From an uncultured Methyloversatilis sp. (lineage in GTDB: Bacteria > Pseudomonadota > Gammaproteobacteria > Burkholderiales > Rhodocyclaceae): 64,000 bases of DNA. The notes under the pieces were generated by a model. That model searched no databases, had not been told where the DNA came from, and saw nothing but the letters and a program-made list of their open reading frames with translations. Each line of letters starts with the position of its first letter. Positions within the stretch are counted from its first letter, which is position 1. Shown here piece after piece: positions 29,878-40,693 of the stretch. The translations under genes and the position numbers were made by a program. Where the stretch lies: positions 12,520 through 76,519 of the forward strand of contig CAYZEA010000014.1 of the NCBI GenBank assembly GCA_964477575.1, written 5' to 3'.

Positions 29878-30084
29878 TTCGTCGTGTTTGAGGTAACGGG
29901 GACAAGACTTTTGAAAAAATCCTGCCCGATTACCTACAAAATAAGCAACTCCGCTGTCTTCAATTTCCATCATACTGCTGGAAGATCGTAAGCAGCGATA
30001 ATCAAAGCCGAGCATTATATCAGTACTACAAAATCTGTCAATAGTATATTGGCTAAAATTAGCATTAGCTATTTGAGTTACGAG

Positions 30085-30885
30085 TTACGCCTGCAAAGCA
30101 GGGCTGCGCAGCGGCTGGATGGTTTGCAGCAACTGGTTGAAGACCTTGGGGGTGCCACCAACGATGTTGCCGGTTTGCAGGTAGTTGCTGTCGCCGGCAA
30201 GATCGCTGACCAGACCGCCGGCCTCGAGAATGAGCAATGCACCCGCCGCCATGTCCCAGGGTGATAGGCCGAATTCCCAAAATCCATCGATGCGACCGCA
30301 TGCTACCCAGGCGAGGTCGAGCGAGGCGGCTCCGGGGCGGCGTATGCCGGCAGTGCGCTTGGTCATTTCCTTGAAAATAGCCAGATAGGTGTCGACATGG
30401 TCGAACACGCGATAGGGAAAGCCGGTGCCGAGCAGTGACGCTTCAAGCTTGACGCACTTGCTGACGCGGATGCGCTTGTCGTTGAGGAAGGCACCACCGC
30501 CCTTGGTGGCGGTAAACAGTTCGTTGCGGTTGGGGTCATACACCACGGCTTGGGTCAGCACACCTTTGTGCGCGAGAGCGATCGAGATCGCGTATTGCGG
30601 AAAGCCGTGGATGAAGTTGGTTGTCCCATCGAGGGGGTCGATGATCCACTGAAACTCGGAGGTCTGCTCGGACAGGCCGGACTCCTCGGCCAGGATGGCA
30701 TGGCTGGGATAGACTTCACGCAGGGTTTCGATGATGGTGGCTTCGGCGGCGCGGTCGACTTCGGTGACGAAATCGTTTTGTTGCTTGACGCCGATGGTCA
30801 ACTGGCCGAGATCGAGGCTAGCGCGGTTGATCACGTTCCCGGCACGGCGGGCGGCCTTGATGGCCGTGTTAAGCATGGGGTGCAT
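30085..30885 (-). CDS. suhB: Inositol monophosphatase family protein
   Basis: [31 protein letters not shown]. Confidence 0.95.
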   Translation of the reverse strand: MHPMLNTAIKAARRAGNVINRASLDLGQLTIGVKQQNDFVTEVDRAAEATIIETLREVYPSHAILAEESGLSEQTSEFQWIIDPLDGTTNFIHGFPQYAISIALAHKGVLTQAVVYDPNRNELFTATKGGGAFLNDKRIRVSKCVKLEASLLGTGFPYRVFDHVDTYLAIFKEMTKRTAGIRRPGAASLDLAWVACGRIDGFWEFGLSPWDMAAGALLILEAGGLVSDLAGDSNYLQTGNIVGGTPKVFNQLLQTIQPLRSPALQA

Positions 30886-30921
30886 GGGGCTGAGGAGTGA
30901 AAGTGAGACGATTGAAAGGCA

Positions 30922-31677
30922 ATGGATTCTAAACGGTTGACATCCCCTGCGCTGGAAAGCCTGCAACGCGTGCGTGTCGTCTTATGTGCCACCAGCCATC
31001 CGGGCAATATCGGCGCAGCGGCTCGCGCGATGAAAACGATGGGGTTGACTCGCCTTGTGCTGGTCAATCCAAAAATATTCCCCGATCCGCAAGCCGAGGC
31101 CATGGCCTCGGGCGCGGATGATGTGCTGGTGAAGGCAAAAGTCTGTGCGAGTCTGGCAGAAGCGCTGCAAGGCGTGGTGTTGGCACTGGCGATGACGGCT
31201 CGGCGGCGTGAACTGGCGACGGCGCCGTTGTGGGTGCGCGACGGTGCGCTGGAGCTCGCCGGCATGGCAGCGCAAGGCGAAGTGGCACTGGTATTCGGCA
31301 ACGAGACATCAGGGCTTTCCAACGAGGAATTGGCGCAGTGCGGTTGCTGGGCGATGATTCCGACCAATCCGGATTTCTCGTCATTGAATCTGGCGGCGGC
31401 CGTGCAGGTGATGTGCTACGAGTTGCGCATGGCCCTGCTGGGTACGCAAGCCGTACCGACAATTGCAGATGCGGGGCAACTGGCAACGCATGACGAGGTC
31501 GAAGGCGTGCTTTGCCACTTCGAGCAATCGGCCATCGAAAGCGGCTTTCTCGATGTGGCGAGTCCGGGGCGCCTGATGTTGCGTTTGCGGCGTCTGTTTG
31601 CGCGTGCGCGGCTGGAGCGTGAGGAGGTCAACATCCTGCGCGGTTTTCTGGCCTCATTCCAGCGCAAACGCGGTTGA
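30922..31677 (+). CDS. trmJ: tRNA C32/U32 2'-O-methyltransferase
   Basis: [39 protein letters not shown]. Confidence 0.92.
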   Translation: MDSKRLTSPALESLQRVRVVLCATSHPGNIGAAARAMKTMGLTRLVLVNPKIFPDPQAEAMASGADDVLVKAKVCASLAEALQGVVLALAMTARRRELATAPLWVRDGALELAGMAAQGEVALVFGNETSGLSNEELAQCGCWAMIPTNPDFSSLNLAAAVQVMCYELRMALLGTQAVPTIADAGQLATHDEVEGVLCHFEQSAIESGFLDVASPGRLMLRLRRLFARARLEREEVNILRGFLASFQRKRG

Positions 31678-31721
31678 CTAATTGGTTCCGGATAATAAGT
31701 TGACCGTGGTTATCGGGAATT
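31670..31721 (+). promoter_or_regulatory. Possible tandem IscR-like sites upstream of cysE
   Basis: GTTGACTAATTGGTTCCGGATA and GTTGACCGTGGTTATCGGGAAT resemble the sites upstream of iscR. Confidence 0.5.
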
Positions 31722-31771
31722 CTAAAATGACCCCGATATCCCCTTTCCCATGTCGAAATTAGTGCCATTCC

Positions 31772-32524
31772 ATGTTTGCCCGTTTGCGTGAAGACATTGC
31801 CTGCGTTTTTGAACGCGATCCGGCCGCCCGTTCTTTTTGGGAGGTGCTGACCTGCTATCCGGGTTTTCATGCGCTGACTTTGCATCGCCTGTCCCACTGG
31901 TTGTGGGGTTTGCGTTTACGCTGGCTGGCGCGTCTGCTGTCGCACTTCACGCGCATGCTCACCGGTATAGAAATCCACCCCGGGGCGACGATTGGTCGTC
32001 GCGTATTCATTGACCATGGCATGGGCGTGGTGATTGGCGAGACGGCGGTGATTTCCGATGAGTGCACCCTTTACCATGGGGTAACGCTGGGCGGAACTTC
32101 CTGGAACAAAGGCAAGCGTCATCCGACGCTGGAGCGCGGCGTGGTCATTGGCGCCGGTGCGAAAGTGCTGGGGCCGATCACGGTGGCCGAAGGTGCCAAG
32201 GTAGGATCGAATGCGGTGGTGGTGCGCGATGTGCCGGCCGGTACGACCGCCGTAGGCATTCCGGCGCGCATCGTCGAGCCTGGCCGCGAAGCAGCACGCC
32301 ATGAGAAAGCCGAGAACCTGGGTTTTTCGGCCTACGCCGTGACGCGCAGCGAGGATGATCCGCTCTCTATGGCCATCCATGGCCTGCTCGATCATGCCGT
32401 CGAGACCGATCGCCGGATTGAGGCGCTGCTCAAGACCATCGAGCGGGCCGGAGTTTCAGTTGAGGATGACGTGGCGACGGCCGACAAGTTTGATCCAAAA
32501 TATTTGTCCCAAATTGTTGACTAA
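31772..32524 (+). CDS. cysE: Serine O-acetyltransferase
   Basis: [32 protein letters not shown]. Confidence 0.95.
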   Translation: MFARLREDIACVFERDPAARSFWEVLTCYPGFHALTLHRLSHWLWGLRLRWLARLLSHFTRMLTGIEIHPGATIGRRVFIDHGMGVVIGETAVISDECTLYHGVTLGGTSWNKGKRHPTLERGVVIGAGAKVLGPITVAEGAKVGSNAVVVRDVPAGTTAVGIPARIVEPGREAARHEKAENLGFSAYAVTRSEDDPLSMAIHGLLDHAVETDRRIEALLKTIERAGVSVEDDVATADKFDPKYLSQIVD

Positions 32525-32566
32525 ATTAATCGGATACATATATAGTTGACTAAAGCAGTCTAGTAA
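32513..32566 (+). promoter_or_regulatory. Tandem IscR type-1 operator sites
   Basis: ATTGTTGACTAAATTAATCGGATAC (32513-32537) and ATAGTTGACTAAAGCAGTCTAGTAA (32542-32566). Confidence 0.75.
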
Positions 32567-32613
32567 TTGGATTGCTCATCTCCTGAAGCCTAATCTGACC
32601 GAAGAGGAAAATC

Positions 32614-33099
32614 ATGAAGCTGACCACCAAGGGGCGTTTTGCGGTAACCGCGATGATTGATCTCGCCTTGCGCCAGCACGCCGGCCCCGTCACGCTGGCT
32701 GGCATTGCCGAGCGCCAGAAGATATCGCTCTCCTATCTGGAACAACTGTTTGGCAAGTTGCGTCGCAATCAACTGGTGGCCAGTACGCGCGGCCCTGGCG
32801 GCGGCTATACCCTTGCCAAGCAGCTGACAGCCGTTTCCGTTGCCGACATCATTCGCGCCGTCGATGAGCCGCTGGATGCCACCAACTGTGGCGGCATGGG
32901 CAATTGCCATGACGAGCAGCCCTGCATGACGCATGAGCTATGGACCAGCCTGAACAAGCGCATGTTCGAATACCTGAGCTCGGTCAATTTGGATGAACTG
33001 GTGCGTCAGCAGCGTGCGTCGGTGCCGGTAGATAGTGTTCCAGTCAAAAAGACCGCTACGGGTCAGGTGCGCCGCGTCACCATGATGGCGGCTGCCTGA
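32614..33099 (+). CDS. iscR: Fe-S cluster regulator
   Basis: MKLTTKGRFAVTAM, SYLEQLF, RGPGGGY, three Cys plus His. Confidence 0.95.
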   Translation: MKLTTKGRFAVTAMIDLALRQHAGPVTLAGIAERQKISLSYLEQLFGKLRRNQLVASTRGPGGGYTLAKQLTAVSVADIIRAVDEPLDATNCGGMGNCHDEQPCMTHELWTSLNKRMFEYLSSVNLDELVRQQRASVPVDSVPVKKTATGQVRRVTMMAAA

Positions 33100-33120
33100 T
33101 CGCTCACATTGCCTGCTGAC

Positions 33121-34278
33121 ATGTTCGCGCCTGCCTATCTCGATTACAACGCCACGACGCCGGTTATCCCTGCGGTGCTGGCGGCCATGCTGCCCTATTT
33201 CGCTGAGCAGCACGGCAATGCGTCGAGTCGCCACGAGTTTGGTCGTGCCGCGCGGCGGGCGGTCGATGAGGCCCGTCAGCGGGTCGCCCATGCGGTCGGC
33301 GCACACCCGACCGAGGTGATTTTTACCAGCGGCGGATCGGAAGCCAACAACCTGTTCATCAAGGGAGCGGCGCAGCGGCTCAAGCCTGGGGTGATTGCCG
33401 TGTCGGCCATCGAGCATCCCTGCGTGCGCAAGCCGGCGCAGGCCTTGTCGCGGCAGGGCTGGCGGGTGCGCGAGATTGCCGTCGATGCGGCATGCCGTCT
33501 TGCCAGCGCCGACTTTTCGGCCGCGCTGGCCGATCGGCCTGCGCTCGTTTCCGTGATGCTGGCCAACAACGAGACAGGCGCACTGCAGGATATCGCGACG
33601 CTGGCGGCCGAGGCGGCCACGGCGGGTGCTTGTTTTCATACGGATGCCGTGCAGGCGCTGGGCAAGATTCCCCTCGACTTCCGTTCGCTGAATACGGCGG
33701 GCGTACGCGCCATGACCCTTTCCGCGCACAAGTTGGGCGGGCCGAAAGGCGCGGGTGCGCTGGTGGTCGACAAGCGTGTCGATCTGGCGCCGCTGATCGA
33801 CGGCGGCGGTCATGAGCGCGGCTTGCGCTCGGGCACCGAGAATGTCCCGGCCATCGTCGGTTTCGGCATTGCCTGCGAAGAGGCTGTGATTCGGCTGGCT
33901 GAATCGGTCGTCCAGTTGCGTTCGCTGCGTACGCAACTCGAAGGCGGATTGGCTGCACTCGGAGCGATGATTTTTGCCTGGGGAGCCGACCGTCTGCCCA
34001 ATACCGTTTATTTTTCACTGCCCGGCATCGATGGCGAAACCCTGGTCGGCAAGCTCGACCGTGCCGGTTATGCCGTGGCCAGTGGTGCCGCCTGTTCGGC
34101 TGCCAATCCGGAACCTTCTCATGTGCTGTTGGCCATGGGCGTTGCGCCCGAGATGGCGCGCGGCGCCGTGCGCGTCAGCCTTGGCGCCACCAATACCGAG
34201 GCGGAGATTGCCGGCTTCCTGCAGGCGCTGTCCGCCATCCATACCCAATTGAAATCCATGACCGCAATGGTCCATTAA
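33121..34278 (+). CDS. Cysteine desulfurase, additional IscS/NifS-like paralog
   Basis: YLDYNATTP, SAHKLGGPKG, RSGTENV, SGAACS. Confidence 0.9.
   Translation: MFAPAYLDYNATTPVIPAVLAAMLPYFAEQHGNASSRHEFGRAARRAVDEARQRVAHAVGAHPTEVIFTSGGSEANNLFIKGAAQRLKPGVIAVSAIEHPCVRKPAQALSRQGWRVREIAVDAACRLASADFSAALADRPALVSVMLANNETGALQDIATLAAEAATAGACFHTDAVQALGKIPLDFRSLNTAGVRAMTLSAHKLGGPKGAGALVVDKRVDLAPLIDGGGHERGLRSGTENVPAIVGFGIACEEAVIRLAESVVQLRSLRTQLEGGLAALGAMIFAWGADRLPNTVYFSLPGIDGETLVGKLDRAGYAVASGAACSAANPEPSHVLLAMGVAPEMARGAVRVSLGATNTEAEIAGFLQALSAIHTQLKSMTAMVH
33494..33517 (+). repeat. 24-bp motif, copy 6 (desulfurase paralog, CRLASADF)
   Basis: GCCGTCTTGCCAGCGCCGACTTTT. Confidence 0.95.
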
Positions 34279-34296
34279 GATCCAGGAGTTTTTTTC

Positions 34297-35511
34297 ATGC
34301 TCAAACTGCCGATTTACCTTGACTACTCCGCCACCACACCGGTCGATCCGCGTGTTGCCGCGAAAATGATCCCGTATCTGACGGAGCATTTTGGCAATCC
34401 GGCCTCGCGTTCCCATCCGTTTGGCTGGGAAGCGGAAAAGGCGGTCGATGAAGCCCGTGAAGCAGTGGCCAAGCTGGTCAATGCCGATGCCAAGGACATC
34501 ATCTGGACATCCGGAGCTACGGAGTCGAACAACCTGGCGATCAAGGGTGCCGCGCATTTTTATGCCGAAACCAAAGGCAAGCACATCATCACCGTTTCGA
34601 CCGAGCACAAGGCGGTATTGGATACCGTCAAGGAACTGGAGCGCCAGGGCTTCGAAGCAAGCTATCTTGAACCCGGTCCGAATGGGCTGATTACGGTCGA
34701 ACAGTTCAAGGCGGCGCTGCGCAAGGACACGGTGGTGGCCTCGGTGATGGCCGTCAATAACGAAATCGGCGTGATTCAGCCGATTGCCGAGTTGGGTGAA
34801 ATCTGTCGTGCCAACGGGACGATCTTCCATGTCGATGCGGCGCAGGCCACCGGCAAGATGCCGATCGACCTGACCCAGCTGAAGGTTGACCTGATGTCCT
34901 TTTCGGCCCACAAGACCTACGGCCCGAAGGGTGTCGGCGCCTTGTATGTACGCCGCAAGCCGCGCATTCGTCTTGAAGCGCAGATGCACGGCGGCGGTCA
35001 CGAACGCGGCCTGCGCTCCGGTACGCTGGCGACGCACCAGATCGTCGGCATGGGCGAGGCCTTCCGCATTGCCCGCGAGGAGATGGCGACCGAGAATGAG
35101 CGCATCCGCATGCTGCGGGATCGCCTGATGAAGGGCCTGCTCGACATTGAGGAAACCTATGTGAATGGCGATATGGAGCAACGCGTGCCGCACAACCTCA
35201 ACATCAGCTTCAACTACGTCGAGGGCGAGTCGCTGCTGATGGCGATCAAGGACATCGCCGTGTCGTCCGGTTCCGCCTGCACCTCGGCCTCGCTGGAACC
35301 ATCGTACGTGTTGCGCGCCATCGGTCGTTCCGATGAGTTGGCGCACAGCTCGATCCGTTTCACGCTCGGCCGCTTCACCACCGAGGAGGAAGTCGATTTC
35401 ACCATCAAGCTGCTCCACGACAAGCTCGGCAAGCTGCGCGAACTCTCGCCGCTCTGGGAAATGTTCAAGGACGGCATCGATCTCAATACTGTCCAGTGGG
35501 CAGCGCACTAA
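34297..35511 (+). CDS. iscS: Cysteine desulfurase IscS
   Basis: [37 protein letters not shown]. Confidence 0.97.
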   Translation: MLKLPIYLDYSATTPVDPRVAAKMIPYLTEHFGNPASRSHPFGWEAEKAVDEAREAVAKLVNADAKDIIWTSGATESNNLAIKGAAHFYAETKGKHIITVSTEHKAVLDTVKELERQGFEASYLEPGPNGLITVEQFKAALRKDTVVASVMAVNNEIGVIQPIAELGEICRANGTIFHVDAAQATGKMPIDLTQLKVDLMSFSAHKTYGPKGVGALYVRRKPRIRLEAQMHGGGHERGLRSGTLATHQIVGMGEAFRIAREEMATENERIRMLRDRLMKGLLDIEETYVNGDMEQRVPHNLNISFNYVEGESLLMAIKDIAVSSGSACTSASLEPSYVLRAIGRSDELAHSSIRFTLGRFTTEEEVDFTIKLLHDKLGKLRELSPLWEMFKDGIDLNTVQWAAH

Positions 35512-35533
35512 TCTGTAATTGAAGGAGTAGCAC

Positions 35534-35920
35534 ATGTCATACAGTCAGAAGGTCATCGAGCATTACGAAAATCCCCGCAACGTCGGCTCCTTCGGCAAGG
35601 ACGAGGAGGGCGTGGCAACCGGCATGGTCGGCGCCCCCGCTTGTGGCGATGTGATGAAGCTGCAGATCAAGGTCGGCAAGGATGGCGTCATCGAGGATGC
35701 CAAGTTCAAGACCTACGGCTGCGGATCGGCGATCGCATCCAGTTCGCTGGTTACCGAGTGGGTCAAGGGCAAGACGCTCGATCAGGCGCTCGACATCAAG
35801 AACACGCAGATCGCCGAGGAACTGGCCCTGCCGCCGGTAAAGATTCACTGTTCGATTTTGGCCGAGGATGCCATCAAGGCCGCCGTGGCCGACTACAAGA
35901 AACAGCAGGAGGGCAAGTAA
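35534..35920 (+). CDS. iscU: Fe-S scaffold protein
   Basis: PACGDVM, LPPVKIHC. Confidence 0.97.
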   Translation: MSYSQKVIEHYENPRNVGSFGKDEEGVATGMVGAPACGDVMKLQIKVGKDGVIEDAKFKTYGCGSAIASSSLVTEWVKGKTLDQALDIKNTQIAEELALPPVKIHCSILAEDAIKAAVADYKKQQEGK

Positions 35921-36244
35921 ATGGGCGTGACGCTTTCCGAGGCTGCCGCAAAGCATGTATCCAACTTCATTGCCAAACGCGGCAAGGGCATCGGTATTCG
36001 CCTTGGGGTGAAAACCTCCGGCTGTTCCGGCATGGCCTACAAGCTGGAATTTGCCGATGCGCCCGAGCCCGACGACATCGTTTTCGAGAGCCATGGCCTC
36101 AAGCTGCTGATCGATCCGAAGAGCCTGCCTTATCTGGAGGGTACGGAACTCGACTACACCCGCGAGGGATTGAACGAGGGGTTCAAGTTCATCAATCCGA
36201 ACGTCAAGGATCAGTGCGGCTGCGGGGAAAGCTTTACCGTCTGA
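35921..36244 (+). CDS. iscA: A-type Fe-S carrier
   Basis: SGCSG, CGCGESF. Confidence 0.96.
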   Translation: MGVTLSEAAAKHVSNFIAKRGKGIGIRLGVKTSGCSGMAYKLEFADAPEPDDIVFESHGLKLLIDPKSLPYLEGTELDYTREGLNEGFKFINPNVKDQCGCGESFTV

Positions 36245-36786
36245 TGACGTTGTTCGACCTCGAAACCGTGCGACAGGATTTCTTCAGCCTGTTCGGCTTG
36301 CCGCGTCAGCAAGGCATCGATGCCGATCGCCTCAATGCGCTGTATCGCGACATTCAGGCGCGCGTTCATCCGGACAAGCACGCGCATCTGTCAGACAGCG
36401 ACAAACGCATGGCGATGCAATGGGCCACGCATGTCAATGAAGCCTATGAGACGCTGAAGGATCCGCTCAAGCGCGCGCGTTATCTTCTACATCTGACCGG
36501 CCACGATGTTCGACTGGAGACCAATACGGCTATGCCGACGGCCTTCCTGGTGGCGCAGATGGAGCTGCGCGAGTCGGTTGCGGATGCAAAAGAGGCCGGT
36601 GATGTCGATGTCCTTGATGCGCTGATGCGACGCTTGAAGAAAGAAATAAAAGCTGAATTTGACAACCTGCGCGTAGCGCTGGATGAAAGCGATCTGGAGC
36701 GGGCGAGTGCGCTGGTGCGGCAACTGATGTTTCAGGAAAAGCTGCTGCAGGAAGTTGACGACGCCTTGTCTGTCCTGGAAACCTGA
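36244..36786 (+). CDS. hscB: Fe-S co-chaperone
   Basis: HPD J-domain, NEAY.TLKDP..RA.YLL; ATG at 36244. Confidence 0.93.
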   Translation: MTLFDLETVRQDFFSLFGLPRQQGIDADRLNALYRDIQARVHPDKHAHLSDSDKRMAMQWATHVNEAYETLKDPLKRARYLLHLTGHDVRLETNTAMPTAFLVAQMELRESVADAKEAGDVDVLDALMRRLKKEIKAEFDNLRVALDESDLERASALVRQLMFQEKLLQEVDDALSVLET

Positions 36787-36837
36787 GTCCAGTCACCGAT
36801 CACAATAAGAAAAACCTAGAGAAAGAACCAAGCAAGC

Positions 36838-38709
36838 ATGGCACTACTGCAACTTTCCGAACCGGGGGAATCTGCTGCACCGCATGAACATCGCCTCGCG
36901 GTGGGCATTGATCTGGGCACCACCAATTCGCTTGTCGCCACCGTCCGCAGTGGCATGTCGGTGGTACTCCATGACGATCAGGGCCGACCGTTGCTGCCTT
37001 CCATCGTGCGCTATGCCACCGATGGCACGCGCGAAGTGGGTTATGAGGCGCAGGTGCATCAGTCGCTCGATCCGCACAATACGATCGTCTCGGTCAAGCG
37101 CTTCATGGGGCGTGGGCTGAAGGACATTGTTCATATCGAAACCCTGCCTTACGACTTTGTCGAGGGCGAGGGCATGGTCAAGCTCAAGACCGCGCAGGGG
37201 GTGAAAAGTCCGGTCGAGGTCTCCGCCGATATCCTGCGGGCCTTGCGTGAGCGCGCCGAAGCCTCGCTGGGCGGCCAACTGACGGGCGCCGTGATTACCG
37301 TGCCGGCCTATTTCGACGATGCCCAGCGCCAGGCCACCAAGGATGCCGCACGGATTGCCGGCCTGAATGTCTTACGCTTGCTTAATGAGCCGACGGCGGC
37401 GGCGATTGCCTATGGCCTCGACAACGGGGCCGAAGGGGTTTATGCCGTCTATGACCTGGGTGGCGGTACCTTCGATATTTCCATCCTCAAGTTGTCGAAG
37501 GGTGTCTTCCAGGTGTTGTCCACCGGCGGTGATTCCGCGCTGGGCGGCGATGATTTCGACCACCGCATCTTCTGCTGGGTGATCGAGCAGGCGAAACTGT
37601 CGCCGCTCTCGCATCACGATGCGCGCCTGTTGCAGATGCGTGCGCGCGAGGCGAAGGAATTCCTGACCCTGAATGCCGAGGCGCCGATCACGGCGAAGCT
37701 GTCGACCGGCGAGTTTGTCGATCTCAAGTTGACCACGGAAATCTTCAAGGACATCAGCAAAACACTGGTGCAGAAAACGCTGGGACCGACGCGCAAGGCT
37801 TTGCGCGATGCCGGGCTGTCGCCTGACGAGATCAAGGGTGTGGTGATGGTGGGCGGTGCAACGCGCATGCCGCAGATCCAGCAGGCGGTGGCCGAATATT
37901 TCGGTCAGGAGCCGCTGAACAATCTGGACCCGGACAAGGTGGTGGCGCTCGGTGCCGCGACGCAGGCCAACCTGTTGGCCGGCAACCGTGCGGCCGGCGA
38001 TGACTGGCTGCTGCTTGACGTGATTCCGTTGTCGCTGGGTATCGAGACGATGGGCGGCCTGGTCGAGAAAATCATCCCGCGCAATTCGACCATTCCGATT
38101 GCCCGGGCACAGGAGTTCACCACCTTCAAGGACGGCCAGGTGGCAATGGCGCTGCAGGTGGTGCAGGGCGAGCGCGAACTGGTGTCGGACTGCCGCAGCC
38201 TGGCGCGCTTTGAACTGCGCGGCATCCCACCGATGGTGGCCGGTGCGGCACGTATCCGGGTGACGTTTCAGGTCGATGCCGACGGGCTGTTGTCGGTTAC
38301 GGCTCGTGAGCAAACGACGGGCCACGAAGCCAGAGTCGAGGTCAAGCCGTCGTATGGCCTCTCGGACGACGAGATCACCTCGATGCTCAAGGACGGCTAC
38401 AACCATGCCTCGGACGATGCCTTCCGCCGCGCCTTGCGCGAGGCGCAGGTCGAAGCGCAGCGCCTGGTGGAGGCGGTGCAGTCGGCATTGAAGGAGGATG
38501 CCCACTTGCTCTCGACACTGGAGCGGGCGCATGTCGATAGCTGTCTGGCCAAGCTGCAAACGGTTTTGATCGGCGATGACCGGCGCGCCATCGACATGGC
38601 CATGGATGCGCTGTCCAAGGGCACCGCCGAGTTCGCCGCCCGGCGCATGAACCAGAGCGTGCAGCGCGCACTGGCCGGCAAGAAAATGGAAGAGATGGAA
38701 AACCTATGA
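36838..38709 (+). CDS. hscA: Fe-S chaperone (Hsp70 family)
   Basis: [19 protein letters not shown], isc context. Confidence 0.96.
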   Translation: MALLQLSEPGESAAPHEHRLAVGIDLGTTNSLVATVRSGMSVVLHDDQGRPLLPSIVRYATDGTREVGYEAQVHQSLDPHNTIVSVKRFMGRGLKDIVHIETLPYDFVEGEGMVKLKTAQGVKSPVEVSADILRALRERAEASLGGQLTGAVITVPAYFDDAQRQATKDAARIAGLNVLRLLNEPTAAAIAYGLDNGAEGVYAVYDLGGGTFDISILKLSKGVFQVLSTGGDSALGGDDFDHRIFCWVIEQAKLSPLSHHDARLLQMRAREAKEFLTLNAEAPITAKLSTGEFVDLKLTTEIFKDISKTLVQKTLGPTRKALRDAGLSPDEIKGVVMVGGATRMPQIQQAVAEYFGQEPLNNLDPDKVVALGAATQANLLAGNRAAGDDWLLLDVIPLSLGIETMGGLVEKIIPRNSTIPIARAQEFTTFKDGQVAMALQVVQGERELVSDCRSLARFELRGIPPMVAGAARIRVTFQVDADGLLSVTAREQTTGHEARVEVKPSYGLSDDEITSMLKDGYNHASDDAFRRALREAQVEAQRLVEAVQSALKEDAHLLSTLERAHVDSCLAKLQTVLIGDDRRAIDMAMDALSKGTAEFAARRMNQSVQRALAGKKMEEMENL

Positions 38710-39053
38710 CCCAGATCATCGTATTGCCGCATGCCGAGTTGTGTCCCGACGGCGCCGTGATCGAGGCCGCGCCGGGTACGTCGATTTGCGATGCCCTGCT
38801 GGAAAACGAGATCGAGATCGAGCATGCCTGCGAAATGTCCTGTGCCTGCACAACCTGCCATGTAATTGTGCGTGAAGGCTTCAATTCGCTTGAAGAATCC
38901 GACGAGATCGAGGATGATCTGCTCGACAAGGCTTGGGGGCTGACGCCGTTGTCGCGTCTTTCCTGTCAGGCGATTGTCGGGGAAACCCCGCTGACCATCG
39001 AAATCCCGAAATACACCATCAACCAGGTGAAGGAAGGGCACTCGAAAAAATGA
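38706..39053 (+). CDS. fdx: ISC 2Fe-2S ferredoxin
   Basis: [18 protein letters not shown]. Confidence 0.95.
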   Translation: MTQIIVLPHAELCPDGAVIEAAPGTSICDALLENEIEIEHACEMSCACTTCHVIVREGFNSLEESDEIEDDLLDKAWGLTPLSRLSCQAIVGETPLTIEIPKYTINQVKEGHSKK

Positions 39054-39244
39054 AGTGGACGGATAGTCTGGACATTGCCATCGAACTCGCCGAACGCCAT
39101 CCCGAGGTCGATCCCAAGGCGCTGAATTTCGTTGACCTGATGCGTTGGGTGATGGAGCTTCCGGGCTTCGAGGAAGACGAGAGGCACTGTGGCGAAAAGA
39201 AACTCGAAGCCATTCAGCAGGCTTGGATCGACGAGGTTGAGTGA
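39050..39244 (+). CDS. iscX: Fe-S assembly protein IscX
   Basis: MKWTD..DIAI.L.E.HP..DP; EKKLEAIQQAW. Confidence 0.93.
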   Translation: MKWTDSLDIAIELAERHPEVDPKALNFVDLMRWVMELPGFEEDERHCGEKKLEAIQQAWIDEVE

Positions 39245-39248
39245 GGTG

Positions 39249-39908
39249 ATGTCCTGTATCGTTGCAGCTCTGTTGCTGCTGTTTGCCGGTGCCACCAGTG
39301 TTGTATGGGCGGCCGATCAGCCGGTGTGGATTACCGCGCAGCAGCCCTACATGGATGTGATGCATGACGGGCGTCTGGCGCGCATCCAGCGCGAGCAGGA
39401 CAATTTCAATCAGATTGATCCGGATTTTGCGATGACCTCGCGGCCCTGTCCGCCCTATTGCGTGCAACCCATGCAACTGGCACCGGGTGTCGAGACCATT
39501 GGCGAACTGGAATTGCTCGGTTACCTGCAGCGCATCACCCGGCGCGACGATAGCGTGTTGGTGATCGATTCGCGCGACGACGACTGGCTGGTGCGCTCCG
39601 GCATAATTCCAGGTGCCATCCACTTGCGCTGGGAACGCCTGCATCCGAAGCATGCGACCGCCGACCTGATTGCCGAAATTCTTGAGCTGCAGTTTGGCGC
39701 CAGCCGCGTCGATCTGTTCTGGAATTTCGAGAACGCCAAGATCCTGGTTTTTTATTGCAATGGCCCGTGGTGCGGCCAGTCGCCGACCAATATCAAGCAG
39801 TTGCTGGCGATGGGCTATCCCGCCCAAAAGCTCAAGTGGTATCGCGGCGGCATGCAGGCCTGGAAAAGTCTTGGCCTGACGACCGCGCCGTGGAAGAAAA
39901 AGCCCTGA
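39249..39908 (+). CDS. Secreted rhodanese-domain protein
   Basis: Signal peptide, TSRPCPPYCVQP, IDSR, IPGA, FYCNGPWCGQSP, WYRGGMQ. Confidence 0.85.
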   Translation: MSCIVAALLLLFAGATSVVWAADQPVWITAQQPYMDVMHDGRLARIQREQDNFNQIDPDFAMTSRPCPPYCVQPMQLAPGVETIGELELLGYLQRITRRDDSVLVIDSRDDDWLVRSGIIPGAIHLRWERLHPKHATADLIAEILELQFGASRVDLFWNFENAKILVFYCNGPWCGQSPTNIKQLLAMGYPAQKLKWYRGGMQAWKSLGLTTAPWKKKP

Positions 39909-40693
39909 TTCCTTTCTTGATCGATACCCACTGCCATCTGGATGCAGTGGAATTCGATGCGGATCGCGACACGGTCTATCGGGCAGCAAAAGTCGGCGCT
40001 GGCGGGACGGCGCTGATGGTGATTCCGGCGGTCGAGCGCGCGAACTTCGGCGCAGTCGCCAGCGTCTGTCGCGAGTATCCCGGTTGTGCGCCGGCCTACG
40101 GGATTCATCCGCTGTATGTCGACCGTACGCGCCCCGACGATCTTGCTGCCTTGCGAGAAACGCTACAACGCGAGTCGGCAGTGGCCCTCGGCGAGATCGG
40201 TCTGGATCGCCATGTCGAGCCGCGTGACGACGCGCGGCAGATGTTCTATTTCACCGAACAGATCAGGCTCGCAGGAGAACTGGGGCTACCCGTCCTGCTG
40301 CATGTGCGGCGTGCCATCGATCCGATCCTGCAGGCCTTGCGTCAGCACAAGGTGCCCGGCGGCATTGCGCATGCGTTTAATGGCAGTCGCGAGCAGGCCG
40401 ATGCCTTCATCAAGCTGGGGTTCAAGCTCGGTTTTGGCGGGGCGATGACCTATCCCGGTTCAAAGCGCATCCGTGAGCTGGCCAGCCGTTTGCCGCTCGA
40501 ATCCATCGTGCTGGAAACGGATGCGCCCGACATTCCGCCGGCCTGGAAATCCGGCGGCAGAAATACGCCCGCCGACCTCTTGCCCATCGCCGAAACGCTG
40601 GCAGCTTTGCGTGGACTTTCGCTGGATGCGGTTGCAGTGGCAACGAGTGCCAACGCGCGGGCCGTTTTGCCCCGTTTAATCGAGTACGTGTGA
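39890..40693 (+). CDS. TatD-family hydrolase
   Basis: IDTHCHL, GIHP, GEIGLD, LETDAP; start uncertain (GTG 39890 or TTG 39917). Confidence 0.9.
   Translation: MEEKALIPFLIDTHCHLDAVEFDADRDTVYRAAKVGAGGTALMVIPAVERANFGAVASVCREYPGCAPAYGIHPLYVDRTRPDDLAALRETLQRESAVALGEIGLDRHVEPRDDARQMFYFTEQIRLAGELGLPVLLHVRRAIDPILQALRQHKVPGGIAHAFNGSREQADAFIKLGFKLGFGGAMTYPGSKRIRELASRLPLESIVLETDAPDIPPAWKSGGRNTPADLLPIAETLAALRGLSLDAVAVATSANARAVLPRLIEYV
39988..40011 (-). repeat. 24-bp motif, copy 7 (tatD, KVGAGGTA)
   Basis: Reverse complement GCCGTCCCGCCAGCGCCGACTTTT. Confidence 0.95.

Noticed and set aside
40676-40693. Convergent 18-bp overlap of tatD and the DUF1015 gene
   Set aside because: Short 3' overlaps are common and need no special explanation
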